Of a stretch of DNA of 64,000 bases, positions 36,516 through 49,001 are shown piece after piece. The notes beneath the pieces were generated by a model. That model saw only the letters and a list, made by a program, of their open reading frames with translations, was not told the origin of the DNA and made no database searches. Origin of the DNA: Azolla caroliniana (taxonomy: Eukaryota > Plantae > Polypodiophyta); assembly GCA_043228905.1 (NCBI GenBank), contig JBHGNT010000005.1, positions 10,230,001 through 10,294,000 of the forward strand, in the 5' to 3' direction. How positions within the stretch are numbered: the first letter of the stretch is position 1; each line of letters begins with the position of its first letter. The position numbers and the translations under genes are program-made.

Positions 36516-39500
36516 CTCGGAACGCTCGCCGGTGAGATCATGGGCAAATGGGTCAATGGGTTTCGACTCAAACCATATTGTGGACCTATGCCACAGAATC
36601 CGTTTGAGCAAACGGAGGCTAATGCAACAGTAGGAAACAGTAAACAAGTACCCGACAATTAGGCGGAGCTGACGTTACCGGATAACGACAAACAGGTGGC
36701 CGACAAACGTGAATATGGGGAAAAACCGGGATACGGACCCGATGCTTCCGGTTAACTAAAAACTCAACTGTAAATAAATAAATAAATAAATAAGCCATCA
36801 TGCATAGGCGAGGAGCGAACGGGCACTTTGGAAAGGTGTGGTGGGTGGCTAATTAAAGCCTCTATAAAAATGCACCACATGTCAACCGACTGCTATATTA
36901 GTACAAAACGTGCATGCGCGAGAATCAAGAAAAGGCGCCACGCATGGAGAAAGAAAACTTCCACCGCACAGAGTCCCTTTCATTTCGCGAACACAGAGTC
37001 CTCAACGCACACAAGCGATTACGAGTGATCAGGCGAGAGCAAGCAGAACACACAAGCGCACTTATTCTACCACAACCTATCGACGACGACGACGACATGG
37101 AATACATGGAACTCTCAGAAGCGGCCAAGAAATGGCTGAAGCAACACGGTCTGGAGGGATTCTTGAGGATAGTCGAAGCACCGCCGCACGGAGATGCGGA
37201 AAATGTCGTCAAAGACATCGACACGGAGGTCATGACCGAGGAAGCCATCTGAGCCCTGACCAGCTTACCGGAAGGGGGAATATACTTGATCGACAACCCT
37301 TCACAGGAGCTGCTGACGAGGTATTTCGGAGAATACTCCTTGGGCAGCAAGGTGTACCACACGCAAGGCGGCGAAGACCTATTGTTTCAGGAAATTGCTC
37401 GAGTACTCCACGAGTATGGTCATGTATACCCCGACTATCGGCTATGCCCAGTAATAGAGCCGGTTTGATCATAGCCACCTACGAGGGAGTACAGGTGGAT
37501 TGGCTCGTAATGATCACCGACGGCCTGAGCGCTGCCATTGTCTCAGTAAAAGATGGCAAAAAGATGTGGACAGCGGTGGCGCAATGGCTCACTGTGTTAG
37601 CACTGTCTGTGGAGCCCATGAAACAAAGGAAGTGGGGAAGACTAACATAATCGACCCCTAAAGCAGCTTCAAAATGGCAGCAACTCCTGGCTACCCAGGC
37701 GATAGGTTGGAAGGAGGCTGACACTTCACAAAAGGTGAAGGAGTGGCCTAATTGGAAGCGGCCTGCATAGAAGGAGGCATTAGTGGACGCCCTAGTGAGA
37801 CCTGTGAAATTCAAGTTGTGCTAGACGGGACAACAAGCAGAACAACAACTGGACAAACCGCAGGGGCAGGACCCCTTGGCGGTGTTAATCAATAGCAAGA
37901 CCCTCGAGGAAGAAGAGCAGGAAGACGAGCCTACCGACACTCTGTTACATCATCGACAGACAAGTGACAAGGGCCACAAAGGGGAGAAATCAAGTCCGAT
38001 GGAGGACATTATACTGGAACCCCTCCCTGAGGAGCCACATCCAAGGAAGGCGTCTGAACTGGTTCCACAAGAATCGGTGGCAGAACAAACGGTGCGGCAG
38101 GACATAACAGAATCAGCGGGCCAGGACATGGCAGTACCGGTGGATCAAGAACCGGTCATTGAATTGTTGGTGTCGCCGCCACATCAGAAGGCCAGCTAGA
38201 AGCGGAAGCGAGAGTGCATGAAGACTGGTTGCTAGCGACAACCGAGGAATTAGAGAAGGCTTGGTCAAGAATCCGGAGCATGGAAGATGACATAGAGAAG
38301 GCAAGAACAGAAATGGCCAAGTTGGTAAAAGAAGGACCACAGCAATCGGAACCGGTGGCTCCGGTAACTTTAAAGAACAATAAGACCCTGGTGATTGAAG
38401 CAAGCCCGGATACTAATAAAACGCCAGCACATGAGCTCGCCACATTACGGGAAGACCTGGAAACACAAGATGCCTTACGATCCAGGGAGAGAGAATTGAA
38501 AATAGCGGCTAAGGAGGAACAAAGGGAGACGGCTGACAGCCCCCGCCGAGCAGAGGAAAGCTTGAGAAAAGGTCATCAAGCGTATGACTAGTTGAAAGAA
38601 GAGAAAGAGAAACTCCGACGAACGGCAAAAGTGGAGATTGAGCGCCTCAAAGAGGAGCTCCGGCAACAAAAAGACCATGAGGACCGTGCTCGCCGGCTAA
38701 TCAATCAAAAGCTAAAATAGAAAACCGACGACTTCAACCGACTGCATTGGGATTATAAACATTTGGATGTTGATCATAAGAAATTGATCACTGAAAGTGA
38801 CCGACAGCAGGAAAAGTGCAGGGAACTCCGGGAGGACCTTGGCAGCCTTGGTAGAGGAACAATCGAAGGGGGCTGAAGCAGCAAAACAACTGGCGGAAGC
38901 GGCGAAAGAACGGGTAGAGCTGACCTGGTAGCACTCGGAGGCAACAGAGCGCGCTGCAATGGCTCTGAACAAAGTGCAGACGACCTATCAGACCCATCTC
39001 ATGCACTATAGAAGCCAAGAAGTGGCAAGTGCGAACATGATCAAACAATTGAAGGATGAAAAACAGGTCGCGGAGAACAAGTCGAAGATGGGGCTCGGGC
39101 GGATCCGGGACATCGTACTAGCATGGAGAGACCAGACGAAAAGACTGGTAGAAGAAAGTTCTGTTCAATGGTGGTCTCAATGGGCTAAGCAAGCGGCAGA
39201 GTCACAATTGCTGCGATCGGATGTGGAGAACCGGCGGAAGGACGACGACGATTTCTATAAATTGGACGAGGAAAACATTGTTGCCATAAGGGAGGAATTG
39301 TCGGACGACTTCCTATCATTGGCTAGGGATCAATTGGCGGCGGTGAGGCTATTGGTGGAGCAGCTAGACGACGACCAGCTGGATACACAACTCCATCTCG
39401 AGCAGTATGAACAAGAACGGCGACGGCAAGAAGTGGTCCGAAGAACTGCGACAATCAATATCAGTGATGAAGAACTTCGGAGCAGGCGCCTAATGAAGCT

Positions 39501-40456
39501 GGAATTGGGGGAAGCCGGCCGCATGTAACTCCGGAGGAGCAGCCGAAGGTGGAAACCGGCACACGAGAAACCATCAGCAGGAGGAGCCCAAACCAATAGA
39601 ACCAGAACCGGAGAGACCAACAAAACCAGAGAGACGAACGGAACTGGAGAGACGAACGGAACCGGAGGGCTCAGTGGAACCGGAGCAACCAGTGGAGCCG
39701 GGAAGACCAAAAGAGCCGCAGGAAACTGAAGACAAGCAGAAGTAGCCACAGCTGGAGCCGGAGCGACAACAAGAGCAGCAACAGCCGCAGGAATAGTAGA
39801 AGCAGGGGCAACAACAGGAGGAGGAACAACAACAACAACAGACAACAGAACAGCTTCCTGAGGAACCATTGGAACCCTTAGATCAAAGCATTCTGGACAT
39901 TTTGGAGGAAGAATGAAGACCGGATCGTGGGATTCGACGTACAAGGTACTGTCCCATGGGCGTGCCATGTGTTAGCCGGCCGGCAAGGGAAGTCCAGAAT
40001 GGGAAAAGGGGGATAATTAATAACCGGGATCTGATTATCTATAATATTTAGAATATATATAATATTTAGAAGGATATTTTGAGAAGCGAACAGACGGACC
40101 GGAATCGGTATGCCGATCTATATCCGGACCGGATCGTAGTCAGTTTCGGATCGTAGTCGGTTGCCGGTTGGCACCGGTTTGTATCTAGAGTTGGAGACCT
40201 ATAAAAGGGCCCGGTAAGATTGTAATCATTAGTGGATAATTAATAGAGTGTCGTTGTTCTGTATCTTAATCAGTGTTAATTACTGTTCTGTGTTAAGGGT
40301 AATTCATCTCACGCATGTATTGTGACTAATGACCTTGCCGATTAGTAACCAATTAAAATAGTTCGTTCTAAGTTTATCTCACCGCAACACCCCTTTGGTG
40401 AAGTGTCTCAAAGGGACACCCTATGGTAGGGCATTGTCCGGCCCCTAGCGATAACA
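36516..40456 (+). mobile_element. Gypsy-E copy 2: integrase end, degenerate extra ORF (~36914-39916), 3' LTR 39970-40456
   Basis: LGTLAGEIMGKWVNGFRLKPY and LSEAAKKWLKQHGLEGFL are homologous to the 57563-54618 ORF region. LTR termini TGTTA...TAACA. Confidence 0.88.
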
Positions 40457-40543
40457 CAATCTTTTATATTATAGATAATCAGCTCCCGGTTATTAATTAT
40501 CCCCCTTTCTCCATTCTAGTCTTCTCTTTCTGGCCGGCTAACA
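40457..40543 (-). mobile_element. First ~85 bp of another Gypsy-E LTR in inverted orientation
   Basis: The reverse complement TGTTAGCCGGCCAG...GGGGGATAATTAATAACCGGGA.CTGATTATCTATAATAT matches 39970-40047. Confidence 0.85.
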
Positions 40544-40750
40544 AGGATGAATTAGAGACAGCCAATTCGGACAAAAGCGGAGATGAATCGGAGGCAGCCG
40601 ATTCGGCTCGGATTTTTGATTCAGAGACGCCGAATCAACTAAAAGCCAAGCGGAAGAAAGGGCAGCAGAAGAGGTGCCAACACCGTGACAGCAAGGGAAC
40701 TGGAAAAGGCCGCACGAGCAGACAAGCCAACCGTAAGGATCGAGGCGCGT

Positions 40751-43700
40751 TGTCGTGAAGATTTTCGTCCATAGGCGGAAACCAGGGTGGAAGGGACAAG
40801 TCGGTGGTGTGCAACATGTGCACATGTATACTAGGATATGGCGTATAGAAAGAGAGGGGAAGATTTTGTCCCACATTGTAAGGTCCCTCCCTCCTTGGGC
40901 TATAAAAGGAAGGGAGGGGTCACTTATGAGGGGTTGCCTATTTTGGGCGAGTAAGGCATACCACTTAGTCTAGGGTTCTCCCTCTTCCCATTTCATTTTA
41001 GGGTTAGGGTTTCGGTTAGGGTTTTCTCCTTGGGTTTCCCTTTAGGGTTTTCGGATAGTCATTTTGGTGCGGCCATGGCGGCCACCACTGTTGTAACCGT
41101 TCATTGTTTTAATGTAACTTGTTGAACATCTTGCCTCCGCCGATCTCTCCTTCGATGTCGTGGTCTCATTCTTTCCTCTTCTCCTCTTGAGCTAAGCCTC
41201 CATATCATGTCCTATTCTTTCTCCTCCACTCCCTAGTCCAAGACCCCCGCGGTCCCGCCCCTTCTACACGCACGCGAGGAATACCTCGACATCTTTGGTG
41301 AACCCGACGTGAAGGGCGGCAAGGGAGCATGGAGATGGAAGAAGACTTGGACTTCGAGGAGATGATGGCAAAAATCGTGATGGAAGCCGGACGGAAGATG
41401 GCGAAGCGAGATGCGGCTCAACAAGCCGTCGAAAGGGTGGTCGATCGAGTCGGCCGATTCAACGGGGACGATGTCCCGAGGTTCTTGGAAGCGTACGAGG
41501 CCGAGATGGCGAAAGGGGGCGTGGACGAGGAGATGCGGCTAGAGTATTTTCCTCGAGTGGCGGCCGCATCGGTGCACAAGGAGGTCAAGGAGCTACGAGA
41601 AGCTCACGAGTCGTGGGTGTCCTTGGAGGTAGCCCTATTGGAAGCGTGCGGATACGCAAAAGCGGAGTGGGTATGCCGGCAACCCGATGGGGAGCGGTCG
41701 GTGACAACGTGGCCCGCGAGCGGCAGAGAAGAGAGAGCGGCGAGTGAGTACGCACTACTGCCGGAAGAGAGCTCAACGCAAAACGGTTCGGAGGAGCTCG
41801 ACCTAGAAGCGCTAATACGAGAGGCATGTGAGCTTGTGAAGGCGAAAATCGGAGCCGAAGAAGGGCTTGTTATGGAGACGGGCCGGAGGCGATCGGAGGA
41901 TGCGGAGGAAGAAGTCTCCCTAGACGTAGAAGACGGGGCCTATACGGAGGCCGGGAGAGCGTACGACGGCGAGACAGGAGAGGGTGCGGAGCAAGCGACC
42001 CTCTTGCCTTGCGGTGAAGGGACGGCCATGGAGGCCGGTAACTACGGATTCGGGACATGGCGGCCCGAAACATTGAGTGAGGACCGGACAAGCGGCGGTG
42101 CCGCGACCTTACACACACCGGTCCTAGAGACTTTGGCATCCGGCCCGAGAGCCGGTGTGAGACCTAGAGTGACGGACGGTGGCGGCGGCAAGGCGGGCAA
42201 CCGAGACGACGGCATGGGAGAGATGGTGGCAAGCGTAGTCGAGGCTTGCGGAATCGGAGATGGGGTAGCCGCGGACAACGACGACCGGACGGAAGCGGCT
42301 ACTGACACAACGAGTGGCGGTGCCGGGTCCTTACCCACACCGGTCCTAGAGGCTCCGGCGGCCGGCCCGAGTGCCGGCGTGATACCTAGAGCGACGGACG
42401 GTGGTGGCGGCAAGGCGGGCTGCCATGGCGACGAAGAGAACGAGGAAGAGATAGCCACAGACCACGGCGTCCGAACGAAGGTGGCTACGAACATGGCATC
42501 GGCGAGTAACGGTATCGGGACTTTTCCCACACCTATTCTAGAGACTTCGGCGGTCGGCCCCGAAAGCCCACGTGAGACCGGAGAGACGGAAGGTGGCGGC
42601 GGCAAAGCGGACGATCGAAACGACGACGAGGAAGGTCGTAGCGGACGGAGGCAAGACCTCTCGACACCGAAACCGGAGATTATGGCGGTTGAGCTCGAAT
42701 GCCAACATAAGACCGGAGAGAAGGGCGGTGGCTGTGAGGAGGTGTGGCCCGGAGCGAACACGTACGAAGATGAGGACGCGAGGCCCGGAACGGGCATATA
42801 CGAGAGGACCGACGGAGAGGTCGGGAGCGGCAAAGAGGAGAGAGTCGGGAACCGACCCGACCGGAAGATAATCCGACATGACCGGAAGACGACGCGGAAG
42901 AACATTGGAGCGGGGTCTGGTCAACCGGGCCCGAACCGAAGAAGAGCTGGCAAGGTCGGATTTGTTCGGACAAACATCTACCGGCCGGTTACGATTACGG
43001 AAGGGAGCCGACCTAACCGGAACTCGATCGGCCGAGACCGATCCGGGCGAAGGCTAAGTTGGCACGGTTGGAGGTCGAGGCGAACGGGCCACAACACTCG
43101 GTGGGAGCTGGTGAGCGCGAGAAGGAAGCTAACCGGGCGTGGTGATTACGGCTTGGCAGAAGACCTAGAGCGAGAGGAGCCCTCCACATCTATCGTTGAG
43201 ACTTCGGCGGTTGCGGACAACATAAGAACGGAGACACGACGGGTGGCGGTGAGGAGTCGGAGACCGGAACTGATGAGGCCACTAGAACGGGTACCCGGTG
43301 CGTGAAGACGGACGAGCACGGCCAAGACGGCAAGCCGGAGTCAAAAGGGGCTACGGCAAGAAAGGACTAAGAGACCGACGCGGAGGTCGGGTCTACGACG
43401 GATGAGGCGCGTAAAACGGAGCATGCACTACGACCAGCGAAGGGCCAAGAAGTAAGCATGCACCCGGAAGAGCGGCAACGAGTGACCGGCAACGGTGGAC
43501 CGGTCGAGCCTTTGAGAGACAAGCACGCGGTGAGAGACGAAGCCGTAAGGTGCCGAGATCGGCGGATGGGTGGCGAGAGCGAAGGATGGTCCGCAGAGAA
43601 CAACGGGGTACACACCGGGAAGAGAAAACGCAGCGGCTTCCCGGAGGACATACAAGGCCAAGCGGGCCAAGAGGACGAGAGTCGGGATGAAGCGGTAACG

Positions 43701-44855
43701 GGAGTCGCGAAGGACATTGACATGGTGGTCGGGATGACGGTACGCTCTACGGCAAGAGAGCATGACGAGCAAGGGAGAAGCAAGGAGCGCGTAATGGGGT
43801 CACGTAAGGACCGAAGAACGAGCACGCATTTGATGGACGACAACGATGCACGGAAAGTGCCTACGGAAGCCGAGTGCAGAACGAAGGGAGTCGGTACGAG
43901 GTGTTCGGGGCGAGGAGAAGGTGAGCCGGAGGTGGAACACACGTGATACGCGAGGAGCGGCACCCGATGAGCAATCGAAGTAATCGGGGGTCTAACCGGA
44001 GGACATGCGTGGTGAGCGAAGGAAGGGAGACCGGATTGGCAACGGTGTTCGGGATGGCCGGTCGAAGAAGAAGGTGCATGCGCCGGACATGGCGGATCGG
44101 ATGGAGCCGACGGTTCGGGAAAACGCGGTGGACGTGGTGGATCGGATGGAGTCGGCGGGTCGGGGCCGACAAGACGGATCGGCGCCAGCAAGGGACTGGC
44201 AAGGCGGTTGGGTGTCGGTAAGGCGAAAGACCCGGTTAATTACCATGGACGAAATCTCTCACACTTTTCCTTTCTTGGCACATACTGGTGGATGTGCGGT
44301 TTGGTGGGGGTGGATGTCGTGAAGATTTTCGTCCATAGGCGGAAACCGGGGTGGAAGGGGCAAGTCGGTGGTGTGCAACATGTGCACATGTATACTAGGA
44401 TATGGCGTATAGAAAGAGAGGGGAAGATTTTGTCCCACATTGTAAGGTCCCTCCCTCCTTGGGCTATAAAAGGAAGGGAGGGGTCACTTATGAGGGGTTG
44501 CCTATTTTGGGCGAGTAAGGCATACCACTTAGTCTAGGGTTCTCCCTCTTCCCATTTCGTTTTAGGGTTAGGGTTTTGGTTAGGGTTTTCTCCTTGGGTT
44601 TCCCTTTAGGGTTTTCGGATAGTCATTTTGGTGCGGCCATGGCGGCCACCACTGTTGTAACCGTTCGTTGTTTTAATGTAACTTGTTGAACATCTTGCCT
44701 CCGCCGATCTCTCCTTCGATGTCGTGGTCTCATTCTTTCCTCTTCTCCTCTTGAGCTAAGCCTCCATATCATCTCCTATTCTTTCTCCTCCACTCCCTAG
44801 TCCAAGACCCCCGCAGTCCCGCCCCTTCTACACACACGCGAGGAATACCTCGACA
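40751..44855 (+). mobile_element. Complete gag-only tRNA-Trp-primed LTR element B (LTRs 40751-41291 and 44315-44855, 541 bp each)
   Basis: LTRs differ at ~8 sites by eye. PBS 41296-41313, PPT ~44302-44314, 4-bp TSD GCGT/ACGT. No pol. Confidence 0.95.
41329..43305 (+). CDS. gag: Gag-like protein (capsid N-terminal part plus a long acidic/Gly-rich repetitive tail), 658 aa
   Basis: RFNGDDVPRFLEAYEAEM...RLEYF...SWVSLE.ALLE gag pattern. ATG 15 nt after the PBS. Open frame. Confidence 0.75.
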   Translation: MEMEEDLDFEEMMAKIVMEAGRKMAKRDAAQQAVERVVDRVGRFNGDDVPRFLEAYEAEMAKGGVDEEMRLEYFPRVAAASVHKEVKELREAHESWVSLEVALLEACGYAKAEWVCRQPDGERSVTTWPASGREERAASEYALLPEESSTQNGSEELDLEALIREACELVKAKIGAEEGLVMETGRRRSEDAEEEVSLDVEDGAYTEAGRAYDGETGEGAEQATLLPCGEGTAMEAGNYGFGTWRPETLSEDRTSGGAATLHTPVLETLASGPRAGVRPRVTDGGGGKAGNRDDGMGEMVASVVEACGIGDGVAADNDDRTEAATDTTSGGAGSLPTPVLEAPAAGPSAGVIPRATDGGGGKAGCHGDEENEEEIATDHGVRTKVATNMASASNGIGTFPTPILETSAVGPESPRETGETEGGGGKADDRNDDEEGRSGRRQDLSTPKPEIMAVELECQHKTGEKGGGCEEVWPGANTYEDEDARPGTGIYERTDGEVGSGKEERVGNRPDRKIIRHDRKTTRKNIGAGSGQPGPNRRRAGKVGFVRTNIYRPVTITEGSRPNRNSIGRDRSGRRLSWHGWRSRRTGHNTRWELVSARRKLTGRGDYGLAEDLEREEPSTSIVETSAVADNIRTETRRVAVRSRRPELMRPLERVPGA

Positions 44856-45400
44856 ACGTAGAATCAAACGAGTCGAGGAGCGCGAGTGAGGCGTGAAGTC
44901 AAGAGAAACCGGAGCGAAGGACCGGAAGAGCCTGAAGTTGAGCTTGTGGGGGAGTGTTGAGATAGAAGCTCAACATTGGTTGGATCGGTTGTGCGAGCCG
45001 AGAACCAGATCAGTTTGGACCAATCAATTAGGTTGGATCGGTGCGTAAACTGGTGCACAAACCGGTGTGCAACAAGAGGCCGGATCGGTGCGGAAACTGG
45101 GAGGTTGTTGAACGGATATTCTGTGAGGGAATATATTTGGGAGTTAGTGTAGGAGCTCAATTATGAGCATTAAAGTCTGTGTCAGTACTTTTGTCAATCC
45201 GTATGGACTTGTATAAAAGTGCTCTCTGAGAACATCCTATGTACAGAGTTTTACACATTTTTTTGGATTTAGTTTTTTTTGAGTGTTCATTCCCTTTTTG
45301 TCTCTACCGAGTACATCGTGTCTTAAGCTCTCCATTAAACCTGTTTTTCCCTGTCGGTATTCTATGTTTCATATAGCTTCCGCATACCCTTCTTTGTCCA

Positions 45401-48260
45401 TTGATTGGGTTAATCACTCAATCACATTTGAACTTAATAATTGTAAACATTTTATTCAATGATCTAAACTTCCTTCTCGTTCACTTGTGTCTTCTAAATC
45501 TTTAAGTGAGTATTCTAGTTCATTAATTTATTCGTGTGTAATTGATCTTGTGCTTCAATTTTATTATTTTAATATTAACACCGCACAATTACCACATTAT
45601 GAACAACAATTACTCTACTCTATTTTAGACGATTTTCAAGACATGTTTCCTAACGAATTGTCGCTTACTTTACCACCAAAACATAATGTGGACCATCAAA
45701 TTGAACTCATCCCCGGTGCTGCTCTTCTGAGCATTCCACCTTACCGACTTAGTTGATTAGAAGAGGATGAGATCGCTAAACAACTTAAGGAATACTTGAG
45801 TATGGATCACATTAGGTTTAGTAAATCACCTTGGGGTGCGCCAGTTCTATTAGTTAAGAAGAAGGAAGGTTCATGGCGAATGTGTATCAATTATCGCCGT
45901 TTGAATAAAATGACAATTAAAAATGCATATCCGTTACCTCGTGCCGATGATTTGATTGATTGTTTGCATGGGGCCCGATATTTTACGAAAATTGTCTTAT
46001 GAACAAGTTATCATCAGATTTGCATTGCCGATGATGATATTCCAAAAACCGCTTTTCGTACGCGTTATGGCCATTATGAGTTTTTAGTCATGCCTTTCGG
46101 GTTGACTAATGCTCCAACCACATTCCAACAAGAGATGAATGACGTTTTCCAAGATCAACTCAGTGATTTTGTTGTCATTTTCTTGGATGATATTTTGATA
46201 TATAGTCGTACCTTGCAAGATCATGTTCAACATGTTCGATTTGTTTTGTAAAAGTTGCGTGATAGCTGTTTCTATGTAAAACATTCAAAATGTGATTTTT
46301 TCCAAAAATCTATTGTGTACCTAGGTCCTTTAATTACGGAAAATGGCATTGAAATTGAACCTTCTTGTATTGAAAAGGTTAAACTTTGGCCCACTCCTCG
46401 TAATATTCATGAACTACGATCATTCTTAGGGTCTATTGGATTTTTACGAAAATCAATTCGTAACTATTTCAAATTGACTACGTCATTAACTGACCTTGGA
46501 AAAGGTCATTCACGTAAGTCTGTCAAAATGATTGCATGGAATGAACAACTTGACAAATCATTTGAGACACTCAAAGAGCATGTGTGTCAGATTCCCACTC
46601 TTCTATTATCGGATCCTTCTAAGCCTTTCTCAATCGAAACCGATGCTAGTGATTATGCTATTGGTGTCGTTCTTTATCAAGGTGGTCACCCTATTTCTTT
46701 TGAAAGTAAGAAACTTGATGCTACTCAATCTCGGTATTCGGTTCAAGAGAAAGAGTTGTTTGAGGTAATACATGCACTTAAAACATGGAGGCACTATCTC
46801 TATGGAAATAAATTTGTGGTTACAATAGACCATCAATCATTGAAGTATTTTTGTGACTAGCCAGATCTTGCTGGTTGTATCGTTGGGCTGACCTTATGCA
46901 AGATTTTGATTTTTCCATACAGTATCGCAAGGGTTCTATGAACACCGTTGCAGATGCTCTTAGTCGCATTAAAGAAGTTAACATGCTTTGCTTCACAAAA
47001 ATAAAATCTGATCTTTTAGATCACCTTCAAGGGAAATGCCTTGATGACAGTTATATTCTCAAAATATTGGACGAAAGCCGAATTTGGTTTAGATATCATT
47101 ACTAGCACCCTACCCTCGAAGGTGACCTTTCACATTACAAACGGTTTGCTCTACCATAGTGTAAAGGTCTGGGTTCCAAATTTACCAAACATAAAACAGA
47201 AAATTCTTCATGAATGTCATGATGCACCATCTGTGGGTCATCCTGGAATACAACACACACTCATTCTCATCTTGAGTACTTTTTTCTGGCATAATATGTG
47301 CTTTGACATGCATAAATACGTAACTCAATGCTTACAATGTCAAATTAATAAGTCATAACGACTTAAAGTTGTTGGTCTTTTACATCCCTTAGATATTATC
47401 AACAACAAATGGGAAAGTATCTCGATGGATTTTATTGTTAGTTTACCTCGTACACAGAGGGATCATGATGCCATTTGGATTGTCGTTGACAAACTAACAA
47501 AATTGGCTAGATTTATTCCAACCAAAACCATTGTAATCGCTTAACAATTGGCTTATCAATTTGTTGATGAGTTATTTCGTTTTTATGGATTACTGATGGA
47601 TATTGTTAGTGATCGAGATTCCAAGTTTACTAATGACTTTTGGCCTCAAGTCTTTAAGAAACTAGAAACTACATTGAGCATGAGTTTTGCAGATCATCCT
47701 CAGTCTGATCGACAAATTGAACGAGTTAATCAAATTATTGAGGACATGCTTCGAGCTTATGTAGCAAAAACCCCTTTTAAGTGGGAGCAATACCTTCCTA
47801 TCTTAGAATTTTCCTATAATAGCTCTAAACATACATCCACTGGATATAGTCCTTTTATGTTGATGTATGGTTTTCAGCCACGTGCCCCAGTTGATGTCAC
47901 GATTCATCGTGATACATTAGATTGTACACGCAATTTTTTGCAAGACATGAACCAAATGTTGCATATTGCCAAAGAAAATTTCATCTCGTTTTTCACGTCA
48001 GTTGTCTAAAACCATTTTTAGGCTCTGGTAATAAAACCATCACAATCCAAGATATTGTAACATTAGAGGATTTTTCTTACAAACCTCATGTTCCTGAACG
48101 AATTCTTGATTCTCGTACTAAACGTTTACATTCTAAAGAGATTCGGCTATTCAAGATCAAATGGATGGATAAACCTATTGATGATGCCACATAGGAACTC
48201 GAGCATACTCTTAAGGCACAATTTCCTCACTTCATATTGCAAGAGTGCAATCTTTTAAAG
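45401..48260 (+). pseudogene. pol: Chromovirus Ty3/gypsy pol (protease tail, RT, RNaseH, INT, chromodomain), degenerate
   Basis: [39 protein letters not shown], and chromodomain-like PERILDSR...FKIKW...DAT(W>*)E...QFP. Confidence 0.92.
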
Positions 48261-48690
48261 TACACATAACGTTGGTGAGGGTAGGTCACGAATATATTTA
48301 CATTAGTGAAGTGTATGTTCACTAATGTTTAAAAAGGGGCTAATGTGATTGGATAGAAGGAATGATAGGTGCATGCACTATCATGATTTGGGAAACCAAT
48401 GAATGGAGACCCTTTTAGAAAGGCGCATCTATTCAAGGGGCCTAGGAAAAGGTATAAATATGAGGCCTAGCTACCCTCATAAGGACATTACGTCGGAAGG
48501 CTGTTGTCTTAGACACCGGTGGTGCGGGCTAGGCTTTCGTCTCGAGGATCATGTTTATCTCTTCCAAGGTATTAGTCATCCTAATATCTGGCGGTATGGG
48601 ACGTCAGTGGTAGGTTGGCTATGTCTAGATCATAGGTCGGGGATGGTCGAGTGGAATGGGTTCTTCTATCCAATAACACCGAGTCATTTG
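48261..48690 (+). mobile_element. Partial LTR-like sequence related to 1-1253
   Basis: TATAAATATGAGGCCTAGCTACCCTCAT is shared with the minus strand of 1048-1075. Boundaries are uncertain. Confidence 0.45.
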
Positions 48691-49001
48691 AAATAGGTAA
48701 TATGTCGCATTTTAAGAACACTACCTCGAAAAAGGGCACAAAACCACGAAGTTTACAAAAAGAAGTGACGCATGTGTAAAGCTTTTCAAAAACTGTGGCA
48801 AAATATATTGAATTTCAACATGACTACCACTTTGAGACATAAGTAAAATGCCTAACAATATACATCGCCAAAATTACAAAAGAATGTACAACATGACTAC
48901 CAGCTATAATTATACATATTCGTGATTTTCCATTTGAAAGTAATTTACAAAGTTTCAAATCATCTAGTAAAACGATCCCGAGCTTGAACCAAGTCAACAT
49001 T

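Larger units (their letters stand above)
40544..45400 (+). mobile_element. Copia-Y 3' end (40544-40750 plus 44856-44954, LTR 44955-45400), interrupted by element B
   Basis: DELETANSDKS motif as in 30330-30360. PPT GAGCTTGTGGGGGAG followed by TGTTGAG. LTR homologous to 31279-31737. Confidence 0.8.

Noticed and set aside
42042-44191. Long antisense ORFs (287 aa, 274 aa) and the many other short ORFs over the retroelements
   Set aside because: Ser/Pro-rich shadow frames of GC-rich, purine-biased sense strands with no recognisable motifs.
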